A DNA stretch of 64,000 nucleotides from Octopus sinensis (lineage: Eukaryota): the NCBI RefSeq assembly GCF_006345805.1, contig NC_043007.1:15624001-15688000 (forward strand), written 5' to 3'. Made by a program: the position numbers and the translations under genes. Positions 25,705 through 38,802 of this stretch are shown here, piece by piece (position 1 is the first letter of the stretch; each line of letters opens with the position of its first letter). The notes under the pieces were generated by a model. That model did not search any database, was not told the origin of the DNA, and saw nothing but the letters and a program-made list of their open reading frames with translations.

Positions 25705-26028
25705 CACGACCATACACAACTCTCATAGAGATCTACGCGCACGCACGTACACACATACGCACACGCACAAATTGCTACTTCAATTTGAATTGCACGCCAA
25801 TTAATCAATGTTTAGAACTCCAAGTGTATTCGTGTATACCCGGAGAGAAACTTTTAAGAGGACTCTTGTTATATAGTCTGTGTTTCATTTGACTGCACTT
25901 GTACAGTTGAATAGGTCAGCCAGTGCAGAGAGACAGCCAAGTAAAACAGGAGAGTTTCAACATAAAATATTTAGCTTCGTAATTAAATATTTATGAGCAA
26001 TTTTTCCCTCTTTCCTGCTTTGTTCTGC

Positions 26029-26096
<68 letters not shown>

Positions 26097-26313
26097 ATGT
26101 CTGTGTGTGTGTGTGCGTGCGTGCGCGTGTGTATGTGTATGTACGTATGCGTATATATATATGTGTGTCTATGTATGTATATTTACGTGTGTGTATGAGT
26201 GCATACCAATAAAGTCAATGCAGCGTACTATAATCTATCTATCTATCTATCTATCTATCTATTACCTACCACTATATACATACGTGCATAAATACATACA
26301 TATATATATAATA

Positions 26314-26351
<38 letters not shown>

Positions 26352-26382
26352 TATATATAATATGTGTATATTATATATATCG

Positions 26383-26454
<72 letters not shown>

Positions 26455-26702
26455 TTTATTGTTTCATTCTTTATTTGTTTCAGTTATTTGGTGCGGCCAT
26501 GCTGGAGCACCGCCTTTATTCGAGCAAATCGACCCCCAGGACTATTCTTTGTAAGCCTAGTACTTGTTCTATCGGTTTCTCTTGCCGAACCGCTAAGTGA
26601 CGAGGACGTAAGCACACCAGCATCGGTTTGTCAAGCGATGTTGGGGGAACAAACACAGACACAGAAACATATACATACATACACAACACACACACACAAC
26701 AC

Positions 26703-26759
<57 letters not shown>

Positions 26760-26785
26760 CCATGTACTATATATATATAACATAT

Positions 26786-26827
<42 letters not shown>

Positions 26828-27395
26828 AATATATTATATATCAATACATATAATTATAATTACATGTGTATATTTACAGGGCAAGACTGCTAGGTAGTCT
26901 GCCGCATGCTAGAAATAGATCATCAACGATCAAACTACAAAGAACAAAGTTCTCTAGGGGAAAAAATTCAGCGAACCCAGAACCAAATTTGGCGGGCCAG
27001 GACAGATGAAAAATTATATAAAAAACAGAATTAATTGCATACCTCGGTTTCGGCCTTTAACAAAAGAAGTACTTACATAATTCAAATGTCCGTGGCTTCA
27101 TCAGTGCAATCGTTCAGAGTAAATGCAATCTGAAAAAACTAACCCCAGCTTTCTGTGCCAAAACAGACACGTGTTTAGTTTTACCGATTACATTAGGGAT
27201 AAAATTTCAAATGTCTTAGTTCCAGCGCGCTAAAAATATATATACATACGACGGGCTTCATTCAGTTTCTGTCAACCAAATCCACTCACAAGCTTTGGTT
27301 GGCCAGAATCTACAGTAGAAGACACTTGCCGAAGCTACCACGCATTATGACTGACCCTGAACTATGTGGTTGTTAAGAAAGCTACTTACCACACA
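26455..27395 (-). mobile_element. Family-C SINE interrupted in its internal microsatellite by an HHR element
   Basis: Tail at 26455-26670, head at 27248-27395; (TA)n and a unique insert (~26875-27235) lie between them. Confidence 0.75.
27034..27110 (-). ncRNA. Type-I hammerhead ribozyme, canonical core
   Basis: Minus strand ATTGCA-CTGATGA-AGCC(long loop)GGCC-GAAA-CC-GA-GG-TA-TGCAAT: 6-bp perfect stem I, GUA cleavage triplet. Confidence 0.88.
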
Positions 27396-27417
27396 CACGG
27401 TGTTTAGTTTTATATAT

Positions 27418-27646
27418 CTATTTCTTTATTACCCACAAGGGGCTAAACACAGAGGGGACAAACAAGGACAGACAAACGGATTAAGTCAATTACAACGACC
27501 TCAGTGCGTATCTGGTACTTAATTTATCGACCCCGAAAGGATGAAAGGCAAAGTTGGCCTCGGCAGAATTTGAACTCACAACGTAACGCAGACGAAATAC
27601 GCTAAGCATTTCGCCCGGCGTGCTAACGTTTCTGTCAGCTCGCCGC
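27418..27646 (-). mobile_element. Family-B SINE monomer
   Basis: Antisense match to the family-B head and unit. Confidence 0.88.
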
Positions 27647-28037
27647 ATCGAGTAGCTGGTGAACTGTTTTCAATAGATTCCCAGAGGCCGTTCTGTAACG
27701 TTGTTGTTTAGCCCATGGCATCCATGGCTAAGCAGCCCTGCTATTTAAGCAATTTCTCGTCGTAATCCTACCGTTTTTCATTAAGGTATATCGTATTCTT
27801 GGAACCATTAACCGCCATACACACATGCCTCTTCCTCTCTTTTTTGACAGCGAATCTCGAGGAATATTTAGTTTTGCGCTTCCAGTAGGAGATCAAACCA
27901 CCACGTTACGACCCTTATTTTATTTATTTATTTATTTATTGTGCAGCTAATACAACCTGACTGATTCCCCAACATAAGTTCAAGTTTGGAGGTAAAAATT
28001 AGACATTAAGGCACTGAGTGTTTACACATCTTTTAGA

Positions 28038-28046
28038 CTGCTGCTG

Positions 28047-28093
<47 letters not shown>

Positions 28094-28118
28094 GCTGCGG
28101 CTGCTGCTGCTGCTGTGG

Positions 28119-28169
<51 letters not shown>

Positions 28170-28319
28170 TGGCTACTACTACTACTACTACTACTGCTGC
28201 TGTGGCTGCTACTACTACTACTACTACTGCTGCTGCTGCTACTACCACTACTACTACCACTACTACTACTACTACTACTGCTACTACTACTGCTACTACT
28301 ACTACTGCTGCTGCTGCTG

Positions 28320-28412
<93 letters not shown>

Positions 28413-29207
28413 CGGTTACCAGTACCCCAATAACCGCAATGGTGTGATATTTTAATGTTTGCTTGCTTCCATTACCATAGTAAAAGCATTTAGTGCCCAC
28501 CTCACCATCATAACCGTCACCATCATCACCGTCATCATCCCCACGACCACGACCACGTCCAACACCACCACCACCACCATCATCATCATCACCATCATCA
28601 TCGTCATCGTCATTATCATCATCGTCATCGTTGTCATCATCTTAACTATAATCGTCTTGAATATCACCGTCATCATCATCATCATCATCATCACCATCAT
28701 CACCATCACACCATCATCATTGTCGTCATCATCAACATCATCATCATCATATCATCATCACCTTTCTTCTCCTCCTCCTCCTCATCATCATCATCACCAT
28801 CACCATCATCATCATCATCATCATCATTATCATAATCATCATCACCATCATCATCGTCGTCGTGTCGTTGTCATTGTCGTTATTCTGATCATCTTCATCA
28901 TCTCAAAACTGCCATGCACATCGCCATTAGCATCAACATTATCATTACCATTATGAGCACCATTATCGTAATTTACATCCTGATCCGTCCCCGCCGAAAC
29001 CACCACACCACCACCACCACCATCACCACCCACCACCACTACCACCACCACCACTACTTTCATCACCATCTTCAGTGGCGATTATAGCAGCATGTTCTGG
29101 TGTGTAGTGATGACAAAATATGTAACAGCAGTAAGAACCGGAGACGCAAACACGAAAGTCCAACATTAGCAGCAGCAGCAGCAGCAGTAGCAGCAGCAGC
29201 AGTAGCA

Positions 29208-29240
<33 letters not shown>

Positions 29241-29262
29241 TAGTAGTAGTAGTAGTAGTAGA
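28038..29262. repeat. Trinucleotide repeat cluster: (CTA/CTG)n 28038-28410, (CAT/CAC)n 28500-29070, (AGC/AGT)n 29168-29262
   Basis: Direct inspection; gives poly-Y/C/T/A/H/I ORFs in several frames. Confidence 0.95.
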
Positions 29263-29354
29263 TAGTCTGGTGACGCGTAACTTACGACTAAAATTAATAG
29301 AAGCCTCAACAGTAATACTTGCGTTCATGCTCTGCTTCTTTCTGTAATGTATTA

Positions 29355-30060
29355 GAGTTTGGGGTTAATTGTGCTATGCTCATTATCAATGGTAATAAAA
29401 TCTGGGATTAGTGATTGAGGCAGGGTTAATGCTAGGTTTAGGTTTGATATTAGAATTATTATTAGGCTTGGTTAAAAATTAATGTTAGGATTAGGTCTAG
29501 GTTATGGTTTAGTCTTAGTTTGAAAAGGGTCACCGTTTAGTATTAATTTATATTAATTTAGGGTTAGAACTGAACCTAGGTTTAATCTGAGAGCTAGATT
29601 GCGTTTAAGGTTCATGGTAAATGTTCGATATAATTTTAAGTACTGGTTTAGGATTAACATTTGTTCAAGTTTTTGGATTCGATTTTAACTTAAATTTCGA
29701 TTTCAGTTTGGGGTTTGATTACAATTAAGAATACGTTAGAGTCAGAGTTTAATTAATGTTTAGCAAGGTTAAGATTAGGTTTCGAGTTAGAGCTACGTTT
29801 CCTTTAATAGTTAGTATTAATGAAAGGTTAGTTTTAAAATTGAGATTAAAATTAGCTGCAGGGCTAAATTTAGGACTGTTTTAGGGGCAATGTTATGCAT
29901 AAGTAGAGAATTAGGGCTGGTATTAGGATTAAATTTAGGGTTAAGATTAGAGGCAGATTATATCTTTTTTGTTTTATTGTTGTTTTACTCAGGGTTATAT
30001 TAACGTTTTGTGTTATGGTTAAACTTCATTTTAATAATTAACATTATGATTAGGGATATA
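29355..30060 (+). repeat. Highly degenerate TTAGGG-like tract
   Basis: Dense TTAGGG/TTAGGT/TTAGGA/TTAAGG hexamer variants; strongly C-poor on the + strand. Confidence 0.6.
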
Positions 30061-30197
30061 ACTAAAAATCTGTTTTAGATGTTGTTAACTGCAAGATTAA
30101 ATGTAATGTTAATAATAGAAGCACTTACCCAACCTCAAAATCATTAATAAATTCATTTGTTAATACATTTCTGTATGGAAATATATGAATACATATA

Positions 30198-30605
30198 CAG
30201 GCGCAGGAGTGGCTGTGTGGTAAGTAGCTTGCTAACCAACCACATGGTTCCGGGTTCAGTCCCACTGTGTGGCATCTTGGGCAAGTGTCTTCTGCTATAG
30301 CCTCGGGCAGACCAATGCCTTGTGAGTGGATTTGGTAGACGGAAACTGAAAGAAGCCTGTCGTATATATGTATATATATATATATGTATGTGTGTGTGTT
30401 TGTGTGTGTGTGTTTGTCCCCCTAGCATTGCTTGACAACCGATGCTGGTGTGTTTACGTCCCCGTCACTTAGCGGTTCGGCAAAAGAGACCGATAGAATA
30501 AGTACTGGGCTTACAAAGAATAAGTCCCGGGGTCGATTTGCTCAACTAAAGGCGGTGCTCCAGCATGGCCGCAGTCAAATGACTGAAACAAGTAAAAAAA
30601 AAAAA
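30198..30605 (+). mobile_element. Family-C SINE, full length
   Basis: AGGCGCAGGAGTGGCTGTGTGGTAAG head, B box GGGTTCAGTCCC, CORE-like CTTGGGCAAGT, internal TA/TG repeat, tail GCAGTCAAATGACTGAAACAAGTAAAA. Confidence 0.92.
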
Positions 30606-31028
30606 TACATCGTACGCATATACACTCACAAACACAAATTCTTAATTATAAACCAATGAAGAAACCTTTTTCTTGGCCCTCTACAGACTTCGAAAGAAAA
30701 TATATGTTGGGTAATGTTGTACTAAGTACACTATGTTTCGGGGAGTCAGTTAGGGTGTAGCTTGAATGTCTTTGATTGCGGGTCTACTTGATCAGGACAA
30801 AGAAGACGCCTTAATAAATAGAAATCCTCACGAATTTAAATGCGTAGAAGCATATTCACGTTTTCATTGAAACAAAACGTACAGAGACACATTATATTCA
30901 TTGAAGACATACCACATACACTCAGCCACAAGTAAAAATACACACATACACACGTAACACTTCAACACGACACATGTGTGTCTTTACAAACAGGGATATA
31001 CATACACAATGTTAGGATCACAACATAC

Positions 31029-31447
31029 AAGGCGGCGAGCTAGCAGAAACGTTAGCATGCCGGGCGAAATGCTTTGCGGCATTTCGTCTGCCGCTACGTT
31101 CTGAGTTCAAATTCCACTGAGGTCGACTTTGCCTTTCATCCTTTCGGGGTCGATAAATTAAGTACCAGTTACGCCCCGGGGGTCGATGTAATCGACTTAA
31201 TACCTATGTCTGTCCTTGTTTGTCTCCTCAATGTTTAGCCCCTTTGTGGGTAATAAAGAAATAGGTATTTCGTCTGCCGCTACGTTCTGAGTTCAAATTC
31301 CGCCGACGTCGACTTTACCTTTCATCCTTTCAGGGTCGATTAAATAAGTACCAGTTACGCACTGGGGTCGATATAATCGACTTAATCCGTCTGTCTGTCC
31401 TTGTTTGTCTCCTCTGTGTTTAGCCCCTTGTGGGTAGTAAAGAAATA
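31029..31447 (+). mobile_element. Family-B SINE, two-unit form, with 18-bp TSD
   Basis: TSD GTTAGGATCACAACATAC at 31011-31028 and 31448-31465; central GCCTTTCATCCTTTCGGGGTCGATAAATTAAGTACCAG resembles the Meta/MESC SINE domain. Confidence 0.92.
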
Positions 31448-31887
31448 GTTAGGATCACAACATACCACACATGCGTGTAGTTATAAGTAGGGCTATACAT
31501 GCATAAATTCTAAGTAGTTCATGCACATACTGCTACAAGCATATACACACGCACATTCATGCACTCACACATACATGCACTCACACATACACGTGCATAC
31601 ACCTATACACACGCACATTCATGCACACATACGCGTGCAAATAGACTTATACGCGATCGAAATTCATGCATAATAATTCACTGGGAAATGTGATAATGTA
31701 TATATGGCTTAACATAACATTACATTTGAACAGCACGACACATTCACAGACAGACACACACATGCATATACACATATGCACACATACACACACATATTAG
31801 CCACACTCTCATATATATATACATATATATACACACACACAAATATATATATATAATATATAATACCTGTACATCATCTCCAAACCT

Positions 31888-31926
<39 letters not shown>

Positions 31927-31989
31927 AGCTACTTCCTCATACATTTTCTTTGCATTTCTTTCCCACAATCTCCATCTAAAAATAACATT

Positions 31990-32049
<60 letters not shown>

Positions 32050-32752
32050 CTGTCTCTCTCTCTCGGAAAACATTCGCTCGCTCGTCCGCACACCTTCGCC
32101 CATACCATACACACGCACCTATACATATAGTGTGGAAGCTGCTTTTGTTTTGCGTCTTAAATAACAATAAGTGATATTATTCATGATAATGCAGGCGACA
32201 ACAACTGAAATAAGAGCAATATGCACACATTACACACACACACACATGGTTTGTTTGTATATACGTATGTATAATTTGCTTAACTATGTCAGTATTTCAT
32301 TCTTAAAACCTGTCACACTATATAACATAATTTTATATATAAAGATATACACTTCTTCCCTTTCGTCTCACCCCCTCTCTCTCTCCCGTTCTCAGGCTAT
32401 TCGTCATTCCGTATTTACTATTTTATTACCAATGTTTCATGTATTTTCTCCCATCACCTCTCCCCATCCCCTTCACTTACTTTCTCTTCCTCTTTCGCCC
32501 TCACTTCTGACATCTTTCTCACCCTCTTTTTCTATCTCTCGTATGACTTCATCTGTCAATTATGTGCTGTTTGTATCTAATTGTTCTGGGAATGTTCATT
32601 TACATATATACATACATCCATCCATATACATACCTACATCCGTCCACACACATACATACATACATACATACATACATACATACATACATACATACATGCA
32701 TACATACATACATACATACATATATGAAAGGTTTGTATTTAACCTGACATAC

Positions 32753-32802
<50 letters not shown>

Positions 32803-32847
32803 CCTGAAATCACATCATGACATACAAAAATGTATATTTAACAAAAA

Positions 32848-33050
32848 CGCCGGTAATTATTCAACATTCTGCCAAAGCGCAACAGAGATTAGCGAGGTAT
32901 AGATGTGGAGGTCTTTAAAGAGCGCCGGAACAAACTTCTGAGATGACAGGTGAGCCCACATAATAGGGAGAGACGCAGAGAAGAGCAGTTCCGTCTACCT
33001 CTCCACTCGACCGCAAACAGTACAGAAAAGCGAAGCAATTATACCAAAAG
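32848..33050 (+). pseudogene. CR1-like LINE ORF2 C-terminal relic
   Basis: Translates LFNILPKRNRD*RGIDVEVFKERRNKLL, resembling the LFNxLP...FK..LD end of CR1/L2-group ORF2. Confidence 0.55.
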
Positions 33051-33057
33051 GCGGTGC

Positions 33058-33218
33058 GGATCTTTTCACTTTGACTGGCAGATTCTTAAAATAATTTCTT
33101 TGTAACTAAACACTTTTAAACTTCGTGTACTGGTAGAATGTGTTACATAAAACATATTTTTCTCTTGGCTTTCTTGTGAAATTATTTTAAAAATCTGCCG
33201 GTCAAAGTGAAATGATCC
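33058..33218. mobile_element. Short GGATC-ended MITE with 8-bp TSD
   Basis: TIRs GGATCTTTTCACTTTGACTGGCAG / CTGCCGGTCAAAGTGAAATGATCC; TSD GGCGG(T/C)GC. Confidence 0.85.
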
Positions 33219-33375
33219 GGCGGCGCAAGAGCATGACCTCAGTCTCTGGTTGAGACCAATAAATCCTAAAAGATAATAGATAATGCATATGATAAAGTGG
33301 CACCACATACCGGCAAAAGAACAAACTACACAAGGTTTGAGTGTCTTTGCTCATACAACTTCTCGTTCAGCACTG

Positions 33376-33759
33376 GTGGAAGCACTCCGTCGGTTGCGAC
33401 GGCGAGGGTTCCGGTTGATCTGAATCAACGGAACAGCCTGCTCGTGAAATTAACGTGTAAGTGGCTGAGCACTCCACAGGCACGTGTACCCTTAACGTAG
33501 TTCTCGGGGATATTCAGCATGACACAGAGAGTGACAAGGCCGGCCCCTTTGAAATACAGGTACAACAGAAACAGGAAGTAAGAGTGAGAGAAAGCTGTGG
33601 TGAAAGAGTACAGCAGGGATCACCACCATCCCTGCCGGAGCCTCGTGGAGCGTTTTAGGTGTTTTCGCTCAATAAACACTCACAACGCCCGGTCTGGGAA
33701 TCGAAACCGCGATCTTATGACCGCGAGTCCGCTGCCCTAACCACTGGGGCCATTGCGCC
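33376..33759 (-). mobile_element. Family-A SINE, full length
   Basis: TSD TTCAGCACT on both sides. Confidence 0.92.
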
Positions 33760-34139
33760 TTCAGCACTAACCTGTGGTTAAACAACTACAGCATGAATTC
33801 AAAGTTTCAGGGTCCCACAGAGACGTGCATAAGCAAACACATTTACCCAATGCTATCTTAAGTATATCGGATGTCGCACTGACGTTGGACTTTTTGCAGA
33901 ATGATCAATCAGTATATATTATTGTGCATATGTTCACGGGTGCATGTCTGTGTGTCTGTGTGTCTGTGTGTCTGTGTCAGTGTGTAGCTATGTATGCATA
34001 TATAAGTATGTCTATGTGTTATGTGATAAATATAAATACAAGCACACAAGCCCAAATATAGATATGTATGTATAATGTATATGCACATACATATACACAC
34101 ATACATATGTGCATAAATACATACATACATACATACTTA

Positions 34140-35043
34140 GGAGGGGTGTATGAAAAGACTTGAGCCTCAAAAAAACAAAACGTAGTACAAGACTTCTGAT
34201 AATTTATTTTTCAACAAAGTCCCCCTGATGGATGAACACTTTCTCCAGCGGTGCTGAAGCACCATTATCAGGGCGTAGAGGAACTCTTTTGTTTGAGACT
34301 CCAAGGAACTTTTTACAGCGTCTATGACGTCACTGTCACTGACAGAATGGCGACCAGCCAGGGCTTTTTTCAATATTTGGAATAGATGAAAGTCAGAGGG
34401 AGCTAAGTCTGGCGCATAAGGCGGATGGGGAAGGAGTTCGTATCCACAATCATGAATTGTTGTCATGGCAACCACTGAGGTGTGGGCTGGAGCATTGTCG
34501 TGATGAAAAAGGACTCCCTCTGGTGAGCATTCCCGGCCATTTTTCTTTGATTGCTTCTCTGAGAATAATACAGCCCTGTCACGGTGTGGCCCTTTTCAAG
34601 GTAATCGATCAGCAAGATATCTTGAAAATCCCCCCAAAAAAACTGACGGCATGACCTTACCAGCTGACGGAATGACCCTGGCCTTCTTTGGGGTAGGAGA
34701 AGATGTGTGCTTTCACTCCTTTGATTGTTCTTTGGTTTCAGGCTGGTAATGACGAACCCATCTTTCATCCATAGTAATGAAACGAGCAAGAAAAGTCAGT
34801 TCATCGGCTTCAAACAGTTCCAGATTGCTCGTGGACAAAGTGCACCTGGTGTGTTTCTATTAAGGAGTCAAAAGGCGAGGGACCCACCTTGCAGAAACCT
34901 TTGAGAACCCAAGTTCTTTTGGCACAATGTTGTCTGCTCTTTCAGTTGAGATGCCCAGTCTCTCGGCTATCTGATTAGTTAAAACAATTCATGAGAATCA
35001 TGGCAGTATTAGTTTCAAGACGAGTGGCAGCACCGTTGACGGC
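34140..35043 (-). pseudogene. mariner transposase pseudogene (central and C-terminal part) with 3' TIR
   Basis: Motifs VSARWVPRLLTP, LLIDYLEKGHTVTGLYY and HPPYAPDLAPSDFHLF across frameshifts; TIR GGAGGGGTGTATGAAAAGACTTGAGCCT after TA. Confidence 0.92.
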
Positions 35044-35176
35044 TTCTATGTGCTTATCCCGTTGTTATTTCTTCATTTGAGGCATTAGTGTCATTAGTAC
35101 AGTATATAGAGACACATATTTTCGTTTAACACAGGTGCTTGTTTAAAGAAAACTTGTTAAATTAATCAACGATAAA

Positions 35177-35577
35177 TCTTTATATATAAAAGAGACGTTG
35201 TGTGCTGTCTGTCTCCTACGATTTAGATTCCTAACTACTCCCACATTTTGCGATGCAGTTTAACCAAAAGCGGGTATCTTGTAGTCGTGATTCATATCGA
35301 GCCCTTCTGGGTATTAGCGCGCGTCTACGATGAGTCTACGATTAAAAAAAAATTTACCATCATTTTTTCCCATTTTAATGCATTTTCTTCGCTATTATAT
35401 AAGGGAAGTAACTCTCTAAAAATGTCTACGATGAGTCAACGATTTAAAAAAAAAATTACCATCATTTTTTTCCCATTTTTAATGCATTTTTTTGCTATTT
35501 TTTGGCTATAACTCTCTAAAAATGCTTATATAGTTATTTCCCTTACAAACCCGAGCAACGCCGGGCGATAATGCTAG
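35177..35577 (+). mobile_element. Non-autonomous Helitron-like element
   Basis: A|TCTTTATATATAAAAG ... CCCGAGCAACGCCGGG-CGATAATG-CTAG|T; carries an internal ~100-bp duplication. Confidence 0.85.
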
Positions 35578-36356
35578 TTAATAATAAAACATATGGGAAA
35601 ATGTTTCGTTCTGAGCCCCCAGGTTGTCCTCATTGTTGCGGATGATTGCTTGGGTGCGCTTTTGCATTCTAAGCAGAATCCTTGATTGACCGCTGACCTA
35701 TTATTAAATATGAACAGTTCAGAGTTAAATATACCCTCTTAATTGGATCACTGTTGAATGAATCAGTAATAAACGAAAATGAATGCACTGTGATATTTTC
35801 AGAGAGTTCGACATTTTTCAGAGTGAAGATTATCTATGGTGATACTTTCAAATTATACTTTAGTTCAGAAGACGTATTTTTGAATCTAATAAATATGTTA
35901 GCGCTAACATTCCCTTGACGACGAATCGCGATTAGATCTTCTCGCAATGTTACCTTTACTGTCGTCTATTGTCTAACACTTCTGAGAAGTCAAATTAATT
36001 ATGAGACAAAATAATCAAAACATTCGTAACTATGGTTACCTGTCGTATACGAAATGATTCAAAATTAACACATTGTCTTTGTATGACTCTAATTATATAG
36101 ATACACCATCTTATCAGAGACTTCGAAGTTTCGCCGTTGATTACTCGGCGAAACTTCGAATTCGCAGTCAACGTTTTCGTTCCGACGATAAATCTTATAT
36201 TCTATTCTGCTGCATCCCTTGATTCCTCAATGTGATATAAATATTCGTGTATGGTTGTATGTAAGAAACAGACACACAAAAACACACACATGTGTTTCAT
36301 GTATATATATATAGTGTGTGTGTGTGTGTTGTGTTTTGTGTGTTGTGTGTGTGGTG

Positions 36357-36666
36357 TGGCGGCGCAATGGCCATGGGTTAGGGCAGGGAGCGGACTCGTG
36401 GTCGAAGGATCGCGGTTTCGATTCCCAGACCGGGCGTTGTGTGTGTTTATTGAGCGAAAACACCTAAAAGCTCCACGAGTCTCCAGCAGGGGGTTGTGAT
36501 CCCTGCTGTACTCTTTCACCACTCTTTCTCCCAATCTTTCTTCTGTTGGCCTGCTCGCTTAGCCAGCGGGGTGGCGTCATTCGAAGGGTAAAGCAATGCG
36601 AACGCATTGTGACCAGCGATGTGTAGCAACATCTGATGATCTGGTCGGTCACGTGATCACGTGATA
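36357..36666 (+). mobile_element. Family-A SINE with tail type 2
   Basis: Homologous to 12553-12844; ends GTCACGTGATCACGTGAT. Confidence 0.85.
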
Positions 36667-36739
36667 TATGTCGTATATATATACATAAAACCGCTAGCGA
36701 CTAAACGCATTTTTTCTGTCCTTGTTTCTTTCCGTATTC

Positions 36740-36775
36740 CTTTCTGTGGAAGAGCTTAGGCTCGAAACGTTAAAG
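36740..36775 (+). ncRNA. Family-D minimal HHR-like motif (core deviant)
   Basis: CTTT-CTGTGGA-A-GAGC-TTAG-GCTC-GAAA-CGT-T-AAAG within element ~36690-36866, which ends in (TA)n. Confidence 0.5.
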
Positions 36776-36865
36776 ACTTTCTCAATTCCCGAGCGTTATA
36801 CTAATACATCTGTGTGTTTTCTACCCTACCTGTCTTCGTCTTTTGTTTTTTTCGTGAATTTTCCC

Positions 36866-36899
<34 letters not shown>

Positions 36900-36911
36900 A
36901 GTACATATACA

Positions 36912-37270
36912 TGTGGCTGTATGGTAAGTAGCTTGCTAACCAACCACATGGTTCCGGGTTCAGTCTCACTGCGTGGCATCTTGGGCAAGTGTCTTCTGCT
37001 ATAGCCCCGGGCCGACCAGTGCCTTGTGAGTGGATTTTGGTAGAGGGAAACTGAAAGAAGCCTGTCGTATACATGTATATATATATGTATGTGTGTGTGT
37101 TTGTGTGTCTGTGTTTGTCCCCCTAGCATTGTTGACAACCGATGCTGGTGTGTTTACGTCCCCGTCACTTAGCGGTTCGGCAAAAGAGACCGATAGAATA
37201 AGTCCAGGGACCGATTTGCTCGACTAAAGGCCGCAGTCAAATGACTGAAACAAGTAAAAGAGTAAAAGAG
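36912..37270 (+). mobile_element. Family-C SINE
   Basis: Head to tail, with terminal GTAAAAGA-GTAAAAGA repeat. Confidence 0.9.
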
Positions 37271-37313
37271 TATATATATATTATATATATATCTATATAT
37301 TATATATATATAT

Positions 37314-38047
37314 CAACAATTGAGGGTAAAATTAATTAGTTATTAATCAATTTCACCAAGTATTCAGTATGTAAAAGGACCATTTAAGGCGAATTCAAAA
37401 TATTACATTATATAATTAGGGCTTAGTAAAATAAATTACTTTGCCACATACTGAATTTGCTAGAAATAGCAGCCAAAAAGTTTTTTTGCCATTTCCACTA
37501 CTTAAAGAAAATTTCTCTCAGATAATGTTTACTCAAAATAACTCACGAAGGTATGGAGGTAAAAACAGAAAAATATCACAAGTACAAAGATTATTTGAGA
37601 ACGGTAACGTCATATTGCCTCGGTTCTCACCGTTAAAATATAATGTTTGCTAGATAACCCACGTGGGTGGAAGGGGAGAGCAGGGAATCTTCGCTTGCAC
37701 ATTTTGAATTTGTTGGTACTGGCAGTCTGAACGGGTCATCCGAGGTGATAAGTCGCCAAAGGGTATGTTCTTTCTTTTTAGTGCTTCCAAATCCAAAATA
37801 AGAAATGTTGAGCTGACGAAAGAAATGCTGAGTTTATTTGGCTAATCTAGAAACGTTAACGTTCTCAAATAATCTTCGTACTTGTGAAATTTTTCTGTTT
37901 TTACCTCCATACTTTCGTGAGTTATTTTGAGTAAACATTATCTGAGAGAATTTTCTTTAAGTAGTGGAAATGGCAAAAAAACTTTTTTGCTGCTATTTCT
38001 AGCAAATTCAGTATGTGGCAAAGTAATTTATTTTACTAAGCCCTAAT

Positions 38048-38055
<8 letters not shown>
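37314..38055. mobile_element. Long inverted-repeat element between (TA)n tracts
   Basis: Arms ~37407-37610 and ~37853-38055 are reverse complements; ~240-bp spacer; unique tail 37314-37406. Confidence 0.8.
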
Positions 38056-38094
<39 letters not shown>

Positions 38095-38198
38095 GTGAAG
38101 GCTTCGAATGACTTGTCTGTTTTCCGTGTTCGTCACTTCGTGTATTTCACGTTCTTTATATATAAAGTTCTTATTATATATATATATACAATATCTAT

Positions 38199-38244
<46 letters not shown>

Positions 38245-38474
38245 CATATATATATATTGTGCAGGGGTGGCTCTATGGTATACGAAGCTTGCTTCCCAAC
38301 TACATGGTTCTGGATTTAGTCCTAATACGAGACACCTAGGGCGAGTGTCTTCTACCTTAGCCACACGCCGACCATATTTATGTGTGTGTGTGTATGGTGT
38401 GAGTATGTGTATATGTATGTGTGTGTATGCGTGTTTGTGTGTATATGTTTGTGTTTGTGTGTATGTATTATACA

Positions 38475-38802
38475 TGGAAGCACTCCGTCGGTTACGACGA
38501 CGAGGGTTCCGGTTGATCCGAATCAACGGAACAGCCTGCTCGTGAAATTAACGTGCAAGTGGCTGAGCACTCCACAGACACGTGTACCCTTAACGTAGTT
38601 CTCGGGGATATTCAGGGTGACACAGAAAGTGACAAGGCCGGCCCCTTGAAATACAGGTACAACAGAAACAGGAAGTAAGAGTGAGAGAAAGTTGTGGTGA
38701 AAGAGTACAGCAGGGATCACCACCATCCCCTGCCGGAGCCTCGTGGAGCTTTAGGTGTTTTCGCTCAATAAATACTCACAACGCCCGGTCTGGGAATCGA
38801 AA
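38475..38802 (-). mobile_element. Family-A SINE lacking most of its head
   Basis: Tail and body match; the match stops at the B box. Confidence 0.9.

Noticed and set aside
28018-29328. Poly-Y/C/T/A/H ORFs as low-complexity protein exons
   Set aside because: They are open in several frames on both strands purely because of trinucleotide repeats; no domain or splice evidence.
32171-32902. 243-aa ORF as a gene
   Set aside because: It runs through a pyrimidine tract, (CATA)n and (GT)n, and has no recognisable protein features.
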